Origin: a virus | IMG/VR virus record: IMGVR_UViG_3300025133_006719 | Span: 15,300 to 79,299 of that record | Length of the DNA: 64,000 nucleotides | Strand: one strand, 5' to 3' | Part shown: one piece after another, positions 48,412 through 57,739 of the stretch | Position numbering within the stretch: position 1 is the stretch's first letter | How the letters are laid out: every line of letters starts with the position of its first letter | Notes under the pieces: model-generated | Told to the model about the DNA's origin: nothing | What the model saw: the letters and a program-made list of their open reading frames with translations, nothing else | Database searches by the model: none | Program-made: the position numbers and the translations under genes

Positions 48412-48639
48412 ATGAACTATTCAGAAGAACAATACTGGAAGCAAGATGATGGAGAAGTAATTGCAGTCGGAGACATGAACGAGCATCACGCTAAAAGTGT
48501 TTTGCGAGAGATGATTAAAAAAAGCAGACAAAGAGGGCAGAATGTTTTAGTGATGAGAGACAAGATAGACCATAAAGAACAGCATATATTTCGCCAAATT
48601 AGCAATACGCTAGGTGATATTAAAAGAGATTTACTATGA
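48412..48639 (+). CDS. hypothetical protein
   Basis: W...DG..I.V.DM...H motif. Confidence 0.6.
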   Translation: MNYSEEQYWKQDDGEVIAVGDMNEHHAKSVLREMIKKSRQRGQNVLVMRDKIDHKEQHIFRQISNTLGDIKRDLL

Positions 48640-48914
48640 CAACGACTGAATACAATTATGTCGATTGCACAAGCAAGCGGAGTTTCATTGGCGATATAAA
48701 CAAACAGGCTTTATTTGCAGATGGTTTCGATGACGCTATAATAGGGTACGATGCGGTTGGGTTTCGCGTTATCTACGATTACAATAAGTGCTTGGATGTT
48801 ATGGTGAAAAGGGATGACATGAGCTATCCAGAGGCGCATGAGTATATGGAATTTAATGTGGTTGGAGCTTACATGGGAGACTTTACGCCAATTTTTCTAC
48901 ACTCACTAAACTAG
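48636..48914 (+). CDS. conserved phage protein
   Basis: ADGFDDAIIG...EA.EY..FN..GAYMG..TP. Confidence 0.7.
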   Translation: MTTTEYNYVDCTSKRSFIGDINKQALFADGFDDAIIGYDAVGFRVIYDYNKCLDVMVKRDDMSYPEAHEYMEFNVVGAYMGDFTPIFLHSLN

Positions 48915-48944
48915 ACAATAACGAAAGTATTAAAAAGCATTATT

Positions 48945-49205
48945 ATGTATATTACATTATCACAAACAGCAGATAGAGATGGTTTTCAAGGTCAAGTTGC
49001 CTTGAATATGAATCAAATCAACGGCTTTAGGGAAGTTTCCTTCAAGGACATTGGAGGCAACTCTCAAAAAGACAAAGCGGGGTATGTGGGAACATATACA
49101 GAGGTTCTTATGAATCACTCTCGTTCTGCACAAGTGGTTCTAGTAGCCGATCCAATCTCAACAATCCTTGAAAAAATTAGGGATGCGAAGGTAAACCAAG
49201 CATGA
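48945..49205 (+). CDS. FlbD-like small beta protein
   Basis: I.L, LN..QI, V.D....I..KI. Confidence 0.45.
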   Translation: MYITLSQTADRDGFQGQVALNMNQINGFREVSFKDIGGNSQKDKAGYVGTYTEVLMNHSRSAQVVLVADPISTILEKIRDAKVNQA

Positions 49206-49450
49206 CAAACAGGCAGTTCAAAAAAGCGAACAACCTTGTATTAACCACTTTTACGGCAATGCTATTTCTTATATTGCTGTTAATGCTGGCAGGATGCGTG
49301 ACCGAAAAAGAAGTGGTCTATAAAAAAGTTTACTTTGCAGATACGAATGGAGTAACGACAACAATCTATTACCCCAATAGCTTTAAGAAAGACATGAGGA
49401 TAAATGCCGACAAGCTAAACAGAGAAATCAGAGTTCCGATCTATTATTAA
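49202..49450 (+). CDS. small lipoprotein
   Basis: LAG-C lipobox. Confidence 0.6.
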   Translation: MTNRQFKKANNLVLTTFTAMLFLILLLMLAGCVTEKEVVYKKVYFADTNGVTTTIYYPNSFKKDMRINADKLNREIRVPIYY

Positions 49451-49459
49451 CAAACACTA

Positions 49460-49810
49460 ATGATAGGGACTCTAAAAGTGCTAAACTCTCATTGTACTTT
49501 TTTTCTCAAAGAGAGAAAGACATACAATAATGTAGATATACACTTTAGGGATTTACATAGTCATACATTAAAATTATCAAACGGTAAGGTAGCGGTAATT
49601 TTCATCCAAGCAATTACGATAGAAGCAGAATCAATGTTAATAGAGGCAGATGGATACAATGAAGGGAAAGAACCAGCACCAGTAGGGTACAGCGATGTTC
49701 CAAGTATATTGTTAGAGTTAAGATTTTATCCCAATGGTATCACAAAACAGACTAAAAATAGACAAGCTAATCGACAAAAAAATAGAACAACTCATAAAAA
49801 GAAAACATAA
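49460..49810 (+). CDS. hypothetical protein
   Basis: ORF. Confidence 0.55.
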   Translation: MIGTLKVLNSHCTFFLKERKTYNNVDIHFRDLHSHTLKLSNGKVAVIFIQAITIEAESMLIEADGYNEGKEPAPVGYSDVPSILLELRFYPNGITKQTKNRQANRQKNRTTHKKKT

Positions 49811-49815
49811 AAAGG

Positions 49816-50019
49816 ATGGCACATTTAATAACATTAAAAAATGCGGATAACGATGAGGACATACTTTTCAACCTTGATACAGTTGTATCTATTGAAAAAG
49901 GTCATCGAAATACGGTAATCACTACTAGATGGGGTAGGCAATATGTCAAAGATACGCTAGATGATATTATGAATAGGGCAGAATCGACAAAAAGGCTTGA
50001 CGTAAGCCCCCAAGTATAG
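49816..50019 (+). CDS. FlbD-like small beta protein
   Basis: LI.L, FN.D.V.SIE, T.I, VKDT.D.I. Confidence 0.5.
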   Translation: MAHLITLKNADNDEDILFNLDTVVSIEKGHRNTVITTRWGRQYVKDTLDDIMNRAESTKRLDVSPQV

Positions 50020-50097
50020 TATTATCAAGAAGTTAGGCATGGAAGTGTTTATTCAAATCGGGGTTGTTTTAGCGTTTGCTTTGTTATTGTATTACAA

Positions 50098-50610
50098 ATG
50101 GATAAAAAAATGGGATTAAAAACAAGACATATAGAACAAAATATGAGCCAAATCAAAAATGAGCTACAAAGAGATGTAATGTCCAGAATCCTTCCAAAAT
50201 TAAAATGGGAGAAGCATGGTGCAGTAAGAGGCAACTCAAACATTAAGCGTGACGCTATAATTGAAAAAACTTCAACCGACAAGTTTCCCGCCGATTCGAT
50301 TACGGTTAGAGTCACAAGCGCGAAGAATAAAAGATTCACCGTATATTTCCACGGCGAAAAGAAGGAAAGAACATTCACCAACTACAACGGCAAGAAAACA
50401 AGTTACTTTTACACTACCGAGAAACTAAAGATTTCGGTTAACTGCAACCCACAAAGAGGCAGCAATCGGGCAGGAAGTCTTACCCCAAGGAAAACAAGAG
50501 TAAGTTATTCTTATACTGGCGATTTACCAGACTATCTTGACCAATATGATGTTGCCGCCGCTTGTGATTACATAACAGATAACCTTTTCGGAGAAGAAAA
50601 TGGCAACTAA
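50098..50610 (+). CDS. hypothetical protein
   Basis: ORF downstream of promoter 49997-50025. Confidence 0.6.
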   Translation: MDKKMGLKTRHIEQNMSQIKNELQRDVMSRILPKLKWEKHGAVRGNSNIKRDAIIEKTSTDKFPADSITVRVTSAKNKRFTVYFHGEKKERTFTNYNGKKTSYFYTTEKLKISVNCNPQRGSNRAGSLTPRKTRVSYSYTGDLPDYLDQYDVAAACDYITDNLFGEENGN

Positions 50611-50740
50611 AGCATCAACAAACAAAATCACTTTCGGCAAAGGCAAGAAAAAGAGAAAAGGAATCAACTCCAAAAACAAAAGTTCTTGGAATAAGAACAG
50701 CAAAAATTATGTCAAAGCATACAGAGGGCAGGGTAAGTAA
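50600..50740 (+). CDS. small basic protein ending YRGQGK (46 aa)
   Basis: GGAG SD; MATKAS...KNYVKAYRGQGK*. Confidence 0.6.
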   Translation: MATKASTNKITFGKGKKKRKGINSKNKSSWNKNSKNYVKAYRGQGK

Positions 50741-50764
50741 GAAGGAACGCTATTTAGAAAAGAT

Positions 50765-51028
50765 ATGCCGACAACTACAAAAAGAACGAGAGGAAATGTG
50801 GGAAAGATTGGGGATGGATTGGCAAAAAGGAACTTGTCTACCAAACCCAAAGCACGTTTGGGACAAGACAAGCTACTACCTCGGTTAGAGCTAAAAAAGT
50901 TGGCAGATATGAGCCGCAAGGAGAAAACACATTACAGAGCATATAGATGCGGTGCTATCACTCTTAACTCTGCAATTACAGAATGCCCAAGTTTAGCAAA
51001 ACTCTTAAATGAAAACGAAAAATGTTAA
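50765..51028 (+). CDS. hypothetical basic protein
   Basis: ORF. Confidence 0.55.
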   Translation: MPTTTKRTRGNVGKIGDGLAKRNLSTKPKARLGQDKLLPRLELKKLADMSRKEKTHYRAYRCGAITLNSAITECPSLAKLLNENEKC

Positions 51029-51281
51029 AACACTAATCGGGGTTACATTATTATCCTTTTTTATTTCTGGTTGCAGTTCCCTGACTCAACCAGAATATGA
51101 TAGGGTACAGTATCGTTACTATGTTATAGATGCTCATGCTGATGTTCCCGATGCTGATTTTTCCACATTTAAGGAAGCGTCAGTTTATCAGAAGGATTTT
51201 GCAGAGCATCACGATTATGTGATTGTGAAGATTAACAAAAGATACAATGTCTACAACATGGAGATCATAAATGAAGATTAA
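51009..51281 (+). CDS. small lipoprotein
   Basis: ISG-C lipobox. Confidence 0.6.
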   Translation: MKTKNVKTLIGVTLLSFFISGCSSLTQPEYDRVQYRYYVIDAHADVPDADFSTFKEASVYQKDFAEHHDYVIVKINKRYNVYNMEIINED

Positions 51282-51585
51282 AAGAAGTCTTAAATTCGGT
51301 TCGTTTGCGTGGGACGATACAACAAAACTTTTTACCATTGAGTATAGAGGTAAGTCTATTGAGCTAAACAAGGTTTACGCTTTTTCGTTTGTGCGTTTTG
51401 CTTTCAGTATAGCACAAAAGAACTGGTTCCGAAAGAAACCAAAGACAAGCAGCAAAGAGATGGAGTTAGAGCTACTCAAATCAAACATTGAAGCGACTTC
51501 ACCGTACAACGATGGCTGGACGGCATTACATTACAAAAAGAGAGCAGAAAAAATAGAGGCAGAATTAGAATTAAAGGATGAATAA
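51271..51585 (+). CDS. hypothetical protein
   Basis: ORF with SPYNDGWT motif. Confidence 0.6.
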   Translation: MKIKRSLKFGSFAWDDTTKLFTIEYRGKSIELNKVYAFSFVRFAFSIAQKNWFRKKPKTSSKEMELELLKSNIEATSPYNDGWTALHYKKRAEKIEAELELKDE

Positions 51586-51781
51586 AGATAAGATTATTAA
51601 AGATATAAGAGATAAGCTAAACTGCTCGGAAGAAACAGCGCATAAGATTTTCCATAAAGGTTTACAAGATGGAGTGATAAAGATGAGACTTAACTGGGAG
51701 GTTATTATTACTTATGCAATTAGTATTGCAGTTATCTTTTCCATTATCTTGGCAATTTATAGGTTAGCAAGCGGCAAGTAG
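51578..51781 (+). CDS. small membrane protein
   Basis: C-terminal TM. Confidence 0.55.
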   Translation: MNKDKIIKDIRDKLNCSEETAHKIFHKGLQDGVIKMRLNWEVIITYAISIAVIFSIILAIYRLASGK

Positions 51782-51791
51782 ATAATTAACT

Positions 51792-52112
51792 ATGACTATT
51801 AAAGAAGAAAAGAAAACGAGTAAAAAACCTTATGTAGATATAATCGACAAGATTATAGAAAAAATACAAGCAGAGGACTTTCAGCAAAGTAGTGAAGCAC
51901 TTGATAATTTTTTTGCTGACCCAATCGAAGCAGCCGAGACTAACCTAGCCGATAGATATAAACTTATTTATATTATTATGAGTAAAAGACTCCCCAAGTG
52001 GAAAAGGGATATATTGGGAGAGGACGGTAGGATAGCCAACGAGTTAGCTAGGGAAGTAGCTACATTAGCAGAGAGTGAAGATTGGATAGAGCAGTTAGAT
52101 AATTTAGAATAA
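51792..52112 (+). CDS. hypothetical protein
   Basis: ORF. Confidence 0.6.
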   Translation: MTIKEEKKTSKKPYVDIIDKIIEKIQAEDFQQSSEALDNFFADPIEAAETNLADRYKLIYIIMSKRLPKWKRDILGEDGRIANELAREVATLAESEDWIEQLDNLE

Positions 52113-52429
52113 TGGAATATAACGATAAGCTAGATGGGAGGATGCACAACTTGATGACTATTTGTGCCTCGTATTACTTTAAGGTTAAAGAAGGGGCCAA
52201 GGTTCACCACTCCCAAAAACACTTTTTAAGCGACTTTCGAGTACGAAAGGACAAGAGAGTCGATGGAGTAGCGTTTACCGTTAAGAAGGGCAGTCAGACC
52301 ATCGTAAGATACAATCCTACATGGCTACGCAAAGCGGAAATGGACAATGGGGTATGGTCTGCTTCTGATAGCATAGATGATATATGTGAAGCGATAGCCA
52401 TAAAGGTTCCCAAAAAGAATCGCGGCTAA
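52112..52429 (+). CDS. hypothetical protein
   Basis: ORF. Confidence 0.6.
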   Translation: MEYNDKLDGRMHNLMTICASYYFKVKEGAKVHHSQKHFLSDFRVRKDKRVDGVAFTVKKGSQTIVRYNPTWLRKAEMDNGVWSASDSIDDICEAIAIKVPKKNRG

Positions 52430-52512
52430 AGATGAGTATACTGCTCCCCATGACAATAGCTTTGATAGCGGGGTATTTTTTCGTGAAGTGGGTAAGTGAA
52501 TCAGAATTATAG

Positions 52513-52818
52513 ATGAAGTTCGTCTCAAAGTCTGGAAATGTATATTGGAGAAATCCAGAAAAGTATAAACTTTGGAGAAAAGAATACGAGAAGCGATCAA
52601 AGATAATTAAAGTGACGGCTATCCAAACAGCAGTAGCTAAAGAAATGATTATGTTAGGAGACTCTTGCGAGAAGTCCATCAACGCCGCTACAAGAAGTTA
52701 CTTAACACAATTAAAGAAAGATGGCTTTTCCGTTAAGCATAAGTTAACACGGAAAGTTAATGCAAGAAAAGTAAACTACATCATCAGTCAGTTAAAGATT
52801 CATGCTTACAATATATAA
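52513..52818 (+). CDS. hypothetical basic protein
   Basis: ORF. Confidence 0.55.
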   Translation: MKFVSKSGNVYWRNPEKYKLWRKEYEKRSKIIKVTAIQTAVAKEMIMLGDSCEKSINAATRSYLTQLKKDGFSVKHKLTRKVNARKVNYIISQLKIHAYNI

Positions 52819-52949
52819 TGAATGCTATTCTTAATATATAAGATTGTGATTTAATATATTATTGAGACAATGGGGGAGTTAATCATAGGATTAGTCATGT
52901 CTTGGTTCATTTGGGTTATGTTTGTCAAATGCGCCGATTGCGGAGACTA

Positions 52950-53449
52950 ATGCCTAAAACCCCTATAAACACTACCTTCTTTACATATTGATACATATAC
53001 AAGAGTATAAGAGAATACATATACCTTTATATGTTTTGTAAGAATAGGAATTAGGTAAGATGGTTGTGGCGCATTTTTATAATTAACAAATATATCATCT
53101 ATAACTATCTCTACCAAATCAAACCAAACCAACCCAATTCATTCCAATTATTAAATTTAACTATTATTTAACTATTACTATTATTTTGCCGCCCATTTTT
53201 TGAAATTAGTCGAAATATGGCCAAGTTTATTGGAAACGGGCCGAAATATAACCGATTTGGGAACGCGATAGTGCGAAATATGGTACTTTTACTCCATATA
53301 GAATATAAGAAGAACCAAGAATAGTAATTTAATTGTGAAATTTATTATTATATGATAAGAAAAGCCTAAAAGAGTCAAGATCAATCAACAATCACCGTTA
53401 TTTAATTATGATGGTTATGAATTAAATAGGATTTTTATTCAAAAAGTGG
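52950..53449. repeat. AT-rich intergenic tract with phased CGAAATAT repeats
   Basis: CGAAATAT at 53211, 53242, 53274 (31-32 bp period). Confidence 0.55.
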
Positions 53450-53483
53450 TTGACTTAATAGCCCGATCTGGTATTCTTAATGA

Positions 53484-53723
53484 ATGGCGAGGACTACTGG
53501 CTCAACATCGTTTGTAAGGATCAGCTTACAAGAACTAAACAGGGTATTAAAAGAGAACGCTAGTATAGTGGTGAATCGCCGCTATGCAGAGGCACTCAAT
53601 TTAGCTTGTCATCCTTTTAAGACTACCAACAAGGCACTAGGCAAACTTATAGAGGAGGGGATCGACGCGCCAGAATCCAAGCCAGCACCAATCACGATAA
53701 ACATGGTTGACTTTAGCGAATAA
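53484..53723 (+). CDS. hypothetical protein (leaderless)
   Basis: Promoter TTGACT-16-TATTCT at 53450-53477. Confidence 0.65.
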   Translation: MARTTGSTSFVRISLQELNRVLKENASIVVNRRYAEALNLACHPFKTTNKALGKLIEEGIDAPESKPAPITINMVDFSE

Positions 53724-53741
53724 CAATCAATAATAATTTTT

Positions 53742-54773
53742 ATGAAAACTACTACTAAAGATTACTTCAATGGGCTTGTCGGGCAGGACAATGCGAAGCG
53801 TAAGATAGCTTTCTTCATCAAGTCTTACATGAATGAGGGAGATTTGCCTCACATTATGTTTGTTGCCCCGAAAGGGACAGGCAAGACAGCATTTTCTCAC
53901 GCCTTGGGAAGCAACCTAACACAACAAGGTAGCAGTAAGCCCAAACCACTAATAGAAATTAACTGTTCTACTATAAAGAACTTAAAACAATTCTTTAATG
54001 AATTAGTTATACCTGTATTAGTTGATAGAGATGCTACTGTATTCTTTGATGAATGTTCTGAACTGCCCAAGGATGTAACAATGGCACTATTAACCATACT
54101 TAATCCTAACAAGGAAAGAAGGACAGAATTTACTTATGAAGATTATACTTTTCATTGTGATTTTAAGAGATTAAGTTTTATATTTGCCACAACCGAGGCA
54201 CAAGATGTATTCCATGCTCTCATGGATAGATGCGAGAGAATAGACTTGGAAGATTACAGTCACGATGAACTAGCCCAAATCATGCAGCTTATCAATAACA
54301 AGCAAAAGTGGGAAGGGGATGTTCTTCACAAGATCGCTACCACATTGCGCGGTAATGCTCGTAAAGCGCAACAAATGGCAGACAAGATTAGATTGGCACT
54401 ATCAAACAAATCCCGCCGCAAAGAAATCTTCACCAAGAAGGATTGGAAGGGACTGTCTTATACTATGACGATATTCCCCTTGGGGCTAACTACTGCTGAA
54501 ATTAGATTGCTTCGTACATTATCGGAGCAGAAGTATACAAGGTTAACAAACCTATCTGCCAAACTTGGGTTGAGCAAGGCGTGTATTCAGCGTGACCATG
54601 AACTTTACTTGCAGAAGCATAATCTGATGGAGGTCACTCCACATGGTCGAGCTATCTCGCCGCGAGGAATTGATTATCTAAATGAACTTGGTAAGCAAGA
54701 AATGATAGACGAATACGAAAGAGAAAATAAAACGGAATATAAAAACAATAAAGATAACTATACAACTAAATAA
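53742..54773 (+). CDS. ruvB: RuvB-like AAA+ Holliday-junction helicase
   Basis: VGQ, LPH.MF.APKGTGKT, FFDE, ATT, L.DR, RG.AR, GL....R, E.YL....L...TP.GR. Confidence 0.85.
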   Translation: MKTTTKDYFNGLVGQDNAKRKIAFFIKSYMNEGDLPHIMFVAPKGTGKTAFSHALGSNLTQQGSSKPKPLIEINCSTIKNLKQFFNELVIPVLVDRDATVFFDECSELPKDVTMALLTILNPNKERRTEFTYEDYTFHCDFKRLSFIFATTEAQDVFHALMDRCERIDLEDYSHDELAQIMQLINNKQKWEGDVLHKIATTLRGNARKAQQMADKIRLALSNKSRRKEIFTKKDWKGLSYTMTIFPLGLTTAEIRLLRTLSEQKYTRLTNLSAKLGLSKACIQRDHELYLQKHNLMEVTPHGRAISPRGIDYLNELGKQEMIDEYERENKTEYKNNKDNYTTK

Positions 54774-54781
54774 ACATTAAT

Positions 54782-55015
54782 ATGAAAAGACTACCTCATC
54801 ATCATCCCCCACTTGGGAGCAAACTAAAACAACTCACCTCATCTCATATAGAGGGTTTAGAACTACTAGCAAAGAAAGTAAACGCAACACGAGAAAAGTT
54901 GCGAAAGCATGGAGTTGGAGGTCTAGAAGGCGATGCGACTGCTGAAGATATGTTTCACCATCAAATAGAGTGGATGGGTTGGCTAAATGAAATGGAAGGC
55001 GGCGAGAAACTCTAG
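54782..55015 (+). CDS. hypothetical protein
   Basis: ORF followed by terminator. Confidence 0.6.
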   Translation: MKRLPHHHPPLGSKLKQLTSSHIEGLELLAKKVNATREKLRKHGVGGLEGDATAEDMFHHQIEWMGWLNEMEGGEKL

Positions 55016-55043
55016 ACTGATAATTTGTGTCATGTGTTATGCG

Positions 55044-55073
55044 CCTCCCTAGCGAAAGCTAGGGAGGTTTTTT
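55044..55073 (+). terminator. intrinsic terminator
   Basis: CCTCCCTAGC-GAAA-GCTAGGGAGG plus T6. Confidence 0.9.
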
Positions 55074-55084
55074 GTTATCAGAAG

Positions 55085-55328
55085 GAAAAATAAATAAATG
55101 TAAATAAGACAAATAAATAAGCATTATAATTCGCCACTTTTCGCCACTTTCTTCAATATAGCTAAATAACAATTAAATAAATGCCCACTTTTTGCCACTT
55201 TACAAAATAAGATTAAATAAATAAGCATATAATACCTTAATAAGTATGTAAATTTGCCTATAGACTGATAGATCTACATAGATAATTGTAATTACTTGAT
55301 TATAGTTTAATTGTAAAAGTATAAATTT
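55085..55328. repeat. AT-rich tract with (G/C)CCACTTT repeats
   Basis: Copies at 55133, 55143, 55184, 55194; many TAAATAA. Confidence 0.6.
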
Positions 55329-55353
55329 GGCCTGCCGCCGAGATTTAAGAGTC

Positions 55354-55413
55354 ATAAGTCATTGACTGTCAAAGGCTTACGAGGGGCGCAGCCGCGATTG
55401 CAAACCGTGTCAA
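55354..55413 (+). repeat. composite palindromic site R1
   Basis: ATAAGTCATTGA-CTG-TCAAAGGCTTAC, core GCGCAGCCGCGATT, degenerate second arm. Confidence 0.75.
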
Positions 55414-55436
55414 CCGTTTATTTTAAGAGTGGCAAC

Positions 55437-55465
55437 AAAAAAAGCCGCCCCCCGAAGGGAGCGGC
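55437..55465 (-). terminator. intrinsic terminator
   Basis: GCCGCTCCC-TTCG-GGGGGCGGC plus T7 on minus strand. Confidence 0.85.
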
Positions 55466-55481
55466 CTGATGAGGGAGGAGC

Positions 55482-56546
55482 CTAGGAAATGATTGCTTCC
55501 TCAAGTTTTGCCGCAGCCTCGGCCTCGGCCTTTTTCTTGGCCTCTTTTTTCTCCAGCTTGATGGCTTTTGGAGCCTTGCAGGGAGAGACGAGGGTTTCCC
55601 ACGCATCCTTTTTGGCCAAGGCTCGCGTGAACTCTCCGAGAACTTTATTCTCGGTCAACCGCGCATACTCGAAACGCTTCGGCTGAACCGTGTGCGTGAG
55701 ATGCTGCGTGGTGGCGTTGTACAGGTTCCAAAGGTTCCTGTCACGATCAAACTCCCCACCGCGACCATTGCCGATGGCCTGTTCGTTCCAGATGAATTCG
55801 ATTGAATCCTTCATGGACTCAGACAGAACTTTTTTCTGGGCCAACCGATTAAGGATGAAAACACCTTGGTCGATGCCGTTGTTCCTGTCGATTTTCAGCT
55901 CGCGCTGGGCGAACTGCGAAAACGAGTCAATGGTTTTGTGCCATTGCTCGACTGCATCCTCAATGCCGTCCTTAATGGTTACGACAGAGATCTTGTTGCT
56001 GTGACGCGCTGTGATGCTCGTCAGGGTAACATTCGAGGTCATGCCATTCAGACACGCCAGACGCTTCGCCGCGCCCTCAAGACCAGCTTTACAAGAGCGA
56101 TCAAAAGAGTTTCGGAGAATGAAGGCCATACCGACAGTATCGCCAACCCTTGCGCTACCACCAAGTGGGCGAGGATTGTTGAACTCGTAACGACCAAAAA
56201 AGCGCGAACCATTTTCCGTAATGGAAATGTCGCGCTTACCTTCGGCGAAGCCGGGGATGTTAACCACATGGCCTTGCTCGTTGAGCTGACGGGTGCTGGT
56301 ATGCTGACCCCAGTTTTTCAACTCGTCGTAATCTTGAAACGCCTCTTCAAGGCTTTCAACCAATACGGAATTCTGGAGCAAACCATACTGCTCTGTTATT
56401 CCATCGCCTAATGACTCACCTGTATCGGTGCGAACATTACTAAACCTCCCCGTCCAACGGTTGGAGCCGTTGTGCTGGATGTAGGTCTTGCGCTGCTCGA
56501 CTTGGTAGTCGAACTCACTCGTTACTTGTTTGCTATCTCTGGGCAT
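55482..56546 (-). CDS. DUF932 (LGT_TIGR03299-like) family protein
   Basis: R.DTG..LG......Y..LQN, NSFD.S, R..C.NG, RH, NLWNLYNA.T. Confidence 0.8.
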   Translation of the reverse strand: MPRDSKQVTSEFDYQVEQRKTYIQHNGSNRWTGRFSNVRTDTGESLGDGITEQYGLLQNSVLVESLEEAFQDYDELKNWGQHTSTRQLNEQGHVVNIPGFAEGKRDISITENGSRFFGRYEFNNPRPLGGSARVGDTVGMAFILRNSFDRSCKAGLEGAAKRLACLNGMTSNVTLTSITARHSNKISVVTIKDGIEDAVEQWHKTIDSFSQFAQRELKIDRNNGIDQGVFILNRLAQKKVLSESMKDSIEFIWNEQAIGNGRGGEFDRDRNLWNLYNATTQHLTHTVQPKRFEYARLTENKVLGEFTRALAKKDAWETLVSPCKAPKAIKLEKKEAKKKAEAEAAAKLEEAIIS

Positions 56547-56592
56547 TTTTTGTTTCCTTTCTGGTTTGTGTCCCTCTCAATCGGGAGAACCC

Positions 56593-56621
56593 ATTATGCC
56601 ATACAGGGGCTTAACAGTCAA
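56593..56621 (-). promoter_or_regulatory. sigma70-type promoter with CCCC spacer
   Basis: TTGACT-17-CATAAT on minus strand. Confidence 0.65.
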
Positions 56622-56661
56622 CCTCTTTTTCTCATTATTATTAAAAAAGTTTCACAATTAA

Positions 56662-56757
56662 AAGCTTGACACGTAAGTCGTTGACTATCAATGACTTAGG
56701 CTGCGCGGCTGCCGCGTTTGTAACCTACTGACTATCAGTGACTTAACTGTCAAGCTT
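56662..56757 (-). repeat. composite palindromic site R2
   Basis: GTAAGTCGTTGA-CTA-TCAATGACTTAG, 20-bp GC core, GTAACCTACTGA-CTA-TCAGTGACTTAA; outer IR AAGCTTGACA/TGTCAAGCTT. Confidence 0.85.
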
Positions 56758-56797
56758 AAACTGTCGATTACACAAAAAACTTTTTTCTATAATCTTG

Positions 56798-56825
56798 TTG
56801 ACAATGCTGCCCGTTGTGGTAGAAT
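56798..56825 (+). promoter_or_regulatory. sigma70-type promoter
   Basis: TTGACA-16-TAGAAT with GCCC spacer. Confidence 0.7.
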
Positions 56826-56843
56826 GTTTTCAGGCGTTAGGTT

Positions 56844-57287
56844 ATGAGAAGATTAGAAATCCAAAAAGATGGGCGCGACAAGTGGTATGCGCGGTTCAGA
56901 GCGGAAGGCTCTCACGATGCGATCTTGCAAAGTTATTCTTTCTATAATCACGGAGCAACGAATGTTCCCGAACCTGACTGGCGAAGTGATGTCGAATTTG
57001 TATTCGTGACAAGCGAGGCTAAACTGTTTCGGTATTTTGTCAACTCTACTTTTTGGCAGTTATCTGTGACAGGTAAACAGTATAAAGGGGTCGTTGGTGG
57101 TTGGCTTACAATCGCAAGAGAAGTATCTGTCGAGAAGATGTCCAACCTAGTATTTACTGGCGATATTAAAATCAGAAGAACCTTTTTAAATGTGTTCTCA
57201 ACTGGTACAATCGCAGCAGAGCGACCAGACTCTGACAATGAAGTGCAGCAAGATTTTAAAGTTAACGTAGATAATTATCATGACTAG
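56844..57287 (+). CDS. hypothetical protein
   Basis: ORF downstream of promoter. Confidence 0.65.
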   Translation: MRRLEIQKDGRDKWYARFRAEGSHDAILQSYSFYNHGATNVPEPDWRSDVEFVFVTSEAKLFRYFVNSTFWQLSVTGKQYKGVVGGWLTIAREVSVEKMSNLVFTGDIKIRRTFLNVFSTGTIAAERPDSDNEVQQDFKVNVDNYHD

Positions 57288-57456
57288 AGACATCATAAAA
57301 CAAGGAGATTGGGGCTATGGCGACACAAAGGGCCTAGCCAAAGCGGTTGACGTAGGCTATCAAAAATGGCTCAAAAAGAATGGGCTAGAACCAGAGGGCT
57401 ACAATAGGAAAACCAACAAGGGAAATTTTTCCTACGGGAAGAGCAAAAACAAGTAA
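57280..57456 (+). CDS. hypothetical basic protein (58 aa)
   Basis: Coupled ORF MTRDIIKQGDWGYG... Confidence 0.55.
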   Translation: MTRDIIKQGDWGYGDTKGLAKAVDVGYQKWLKKNGLEPEGYNRKTNKGNFSYGKSKNK

Positions 57457-57463
57457 TACCATT

Positions 57464-57658
57464 ATGGCAAACGATAAACCAAAAAAAGGCATGGGAGCCT
57501 ATAGGTTACCCAAGGAGACACTCGACACATTAAAGGCTGTAAGCGAGAAGTCAGGAATACCAACAGCAACCATTGTTTCACGATGTTTAGAGAAACAGAA
57601 GGTTTTAGATGTTGTAAGAGAACACCTTGCCAAAGCCACGGAGGCGTTGGCAGAATAG
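57464..57658 (+). CDS. ribbon-helix-helix DNA-binding protein
   Basis: YRLP.E....LK..SE.SGIP...IV...LE. Confidence 0.65.
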   Translation: MANDKPKKGMGAYRLPKETLDTLKAVSEKSGIPTATIVSRCLEKQKVLDVVREHLAKATEALAE

Positions 57659-57669
57659 GGGAACACCAG

Positions 57670-57697
57670 TCTTGCCCCTTCGGGGGCAAGATTTTTT
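57670..57697 (+). terminator. intrinsic terminator
   Basis: TCTTGCCCC-TTCG-GGGGCAAGA plus T6. Confidence 0.9.
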
Positions 57698-57739
57698 CCC
57701 TTGACTATCTAGGCCCAAACCACTATAATTGACGACGTT

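Noticed and set aside
55399-55413. Second sigma54 promoter (minus strand TTGACACGGTTTGCA)
   Set aside because: It lacks the invariant GG and correct spacing; better explained as the degenerate arm of R1.
55489-56669. Plus-strand ORFs over the DUF932 gene
   Set aside because: They are antisense shadows from GC-rich codon use; the minus gene has the motifs, promoter, SD and terminator.
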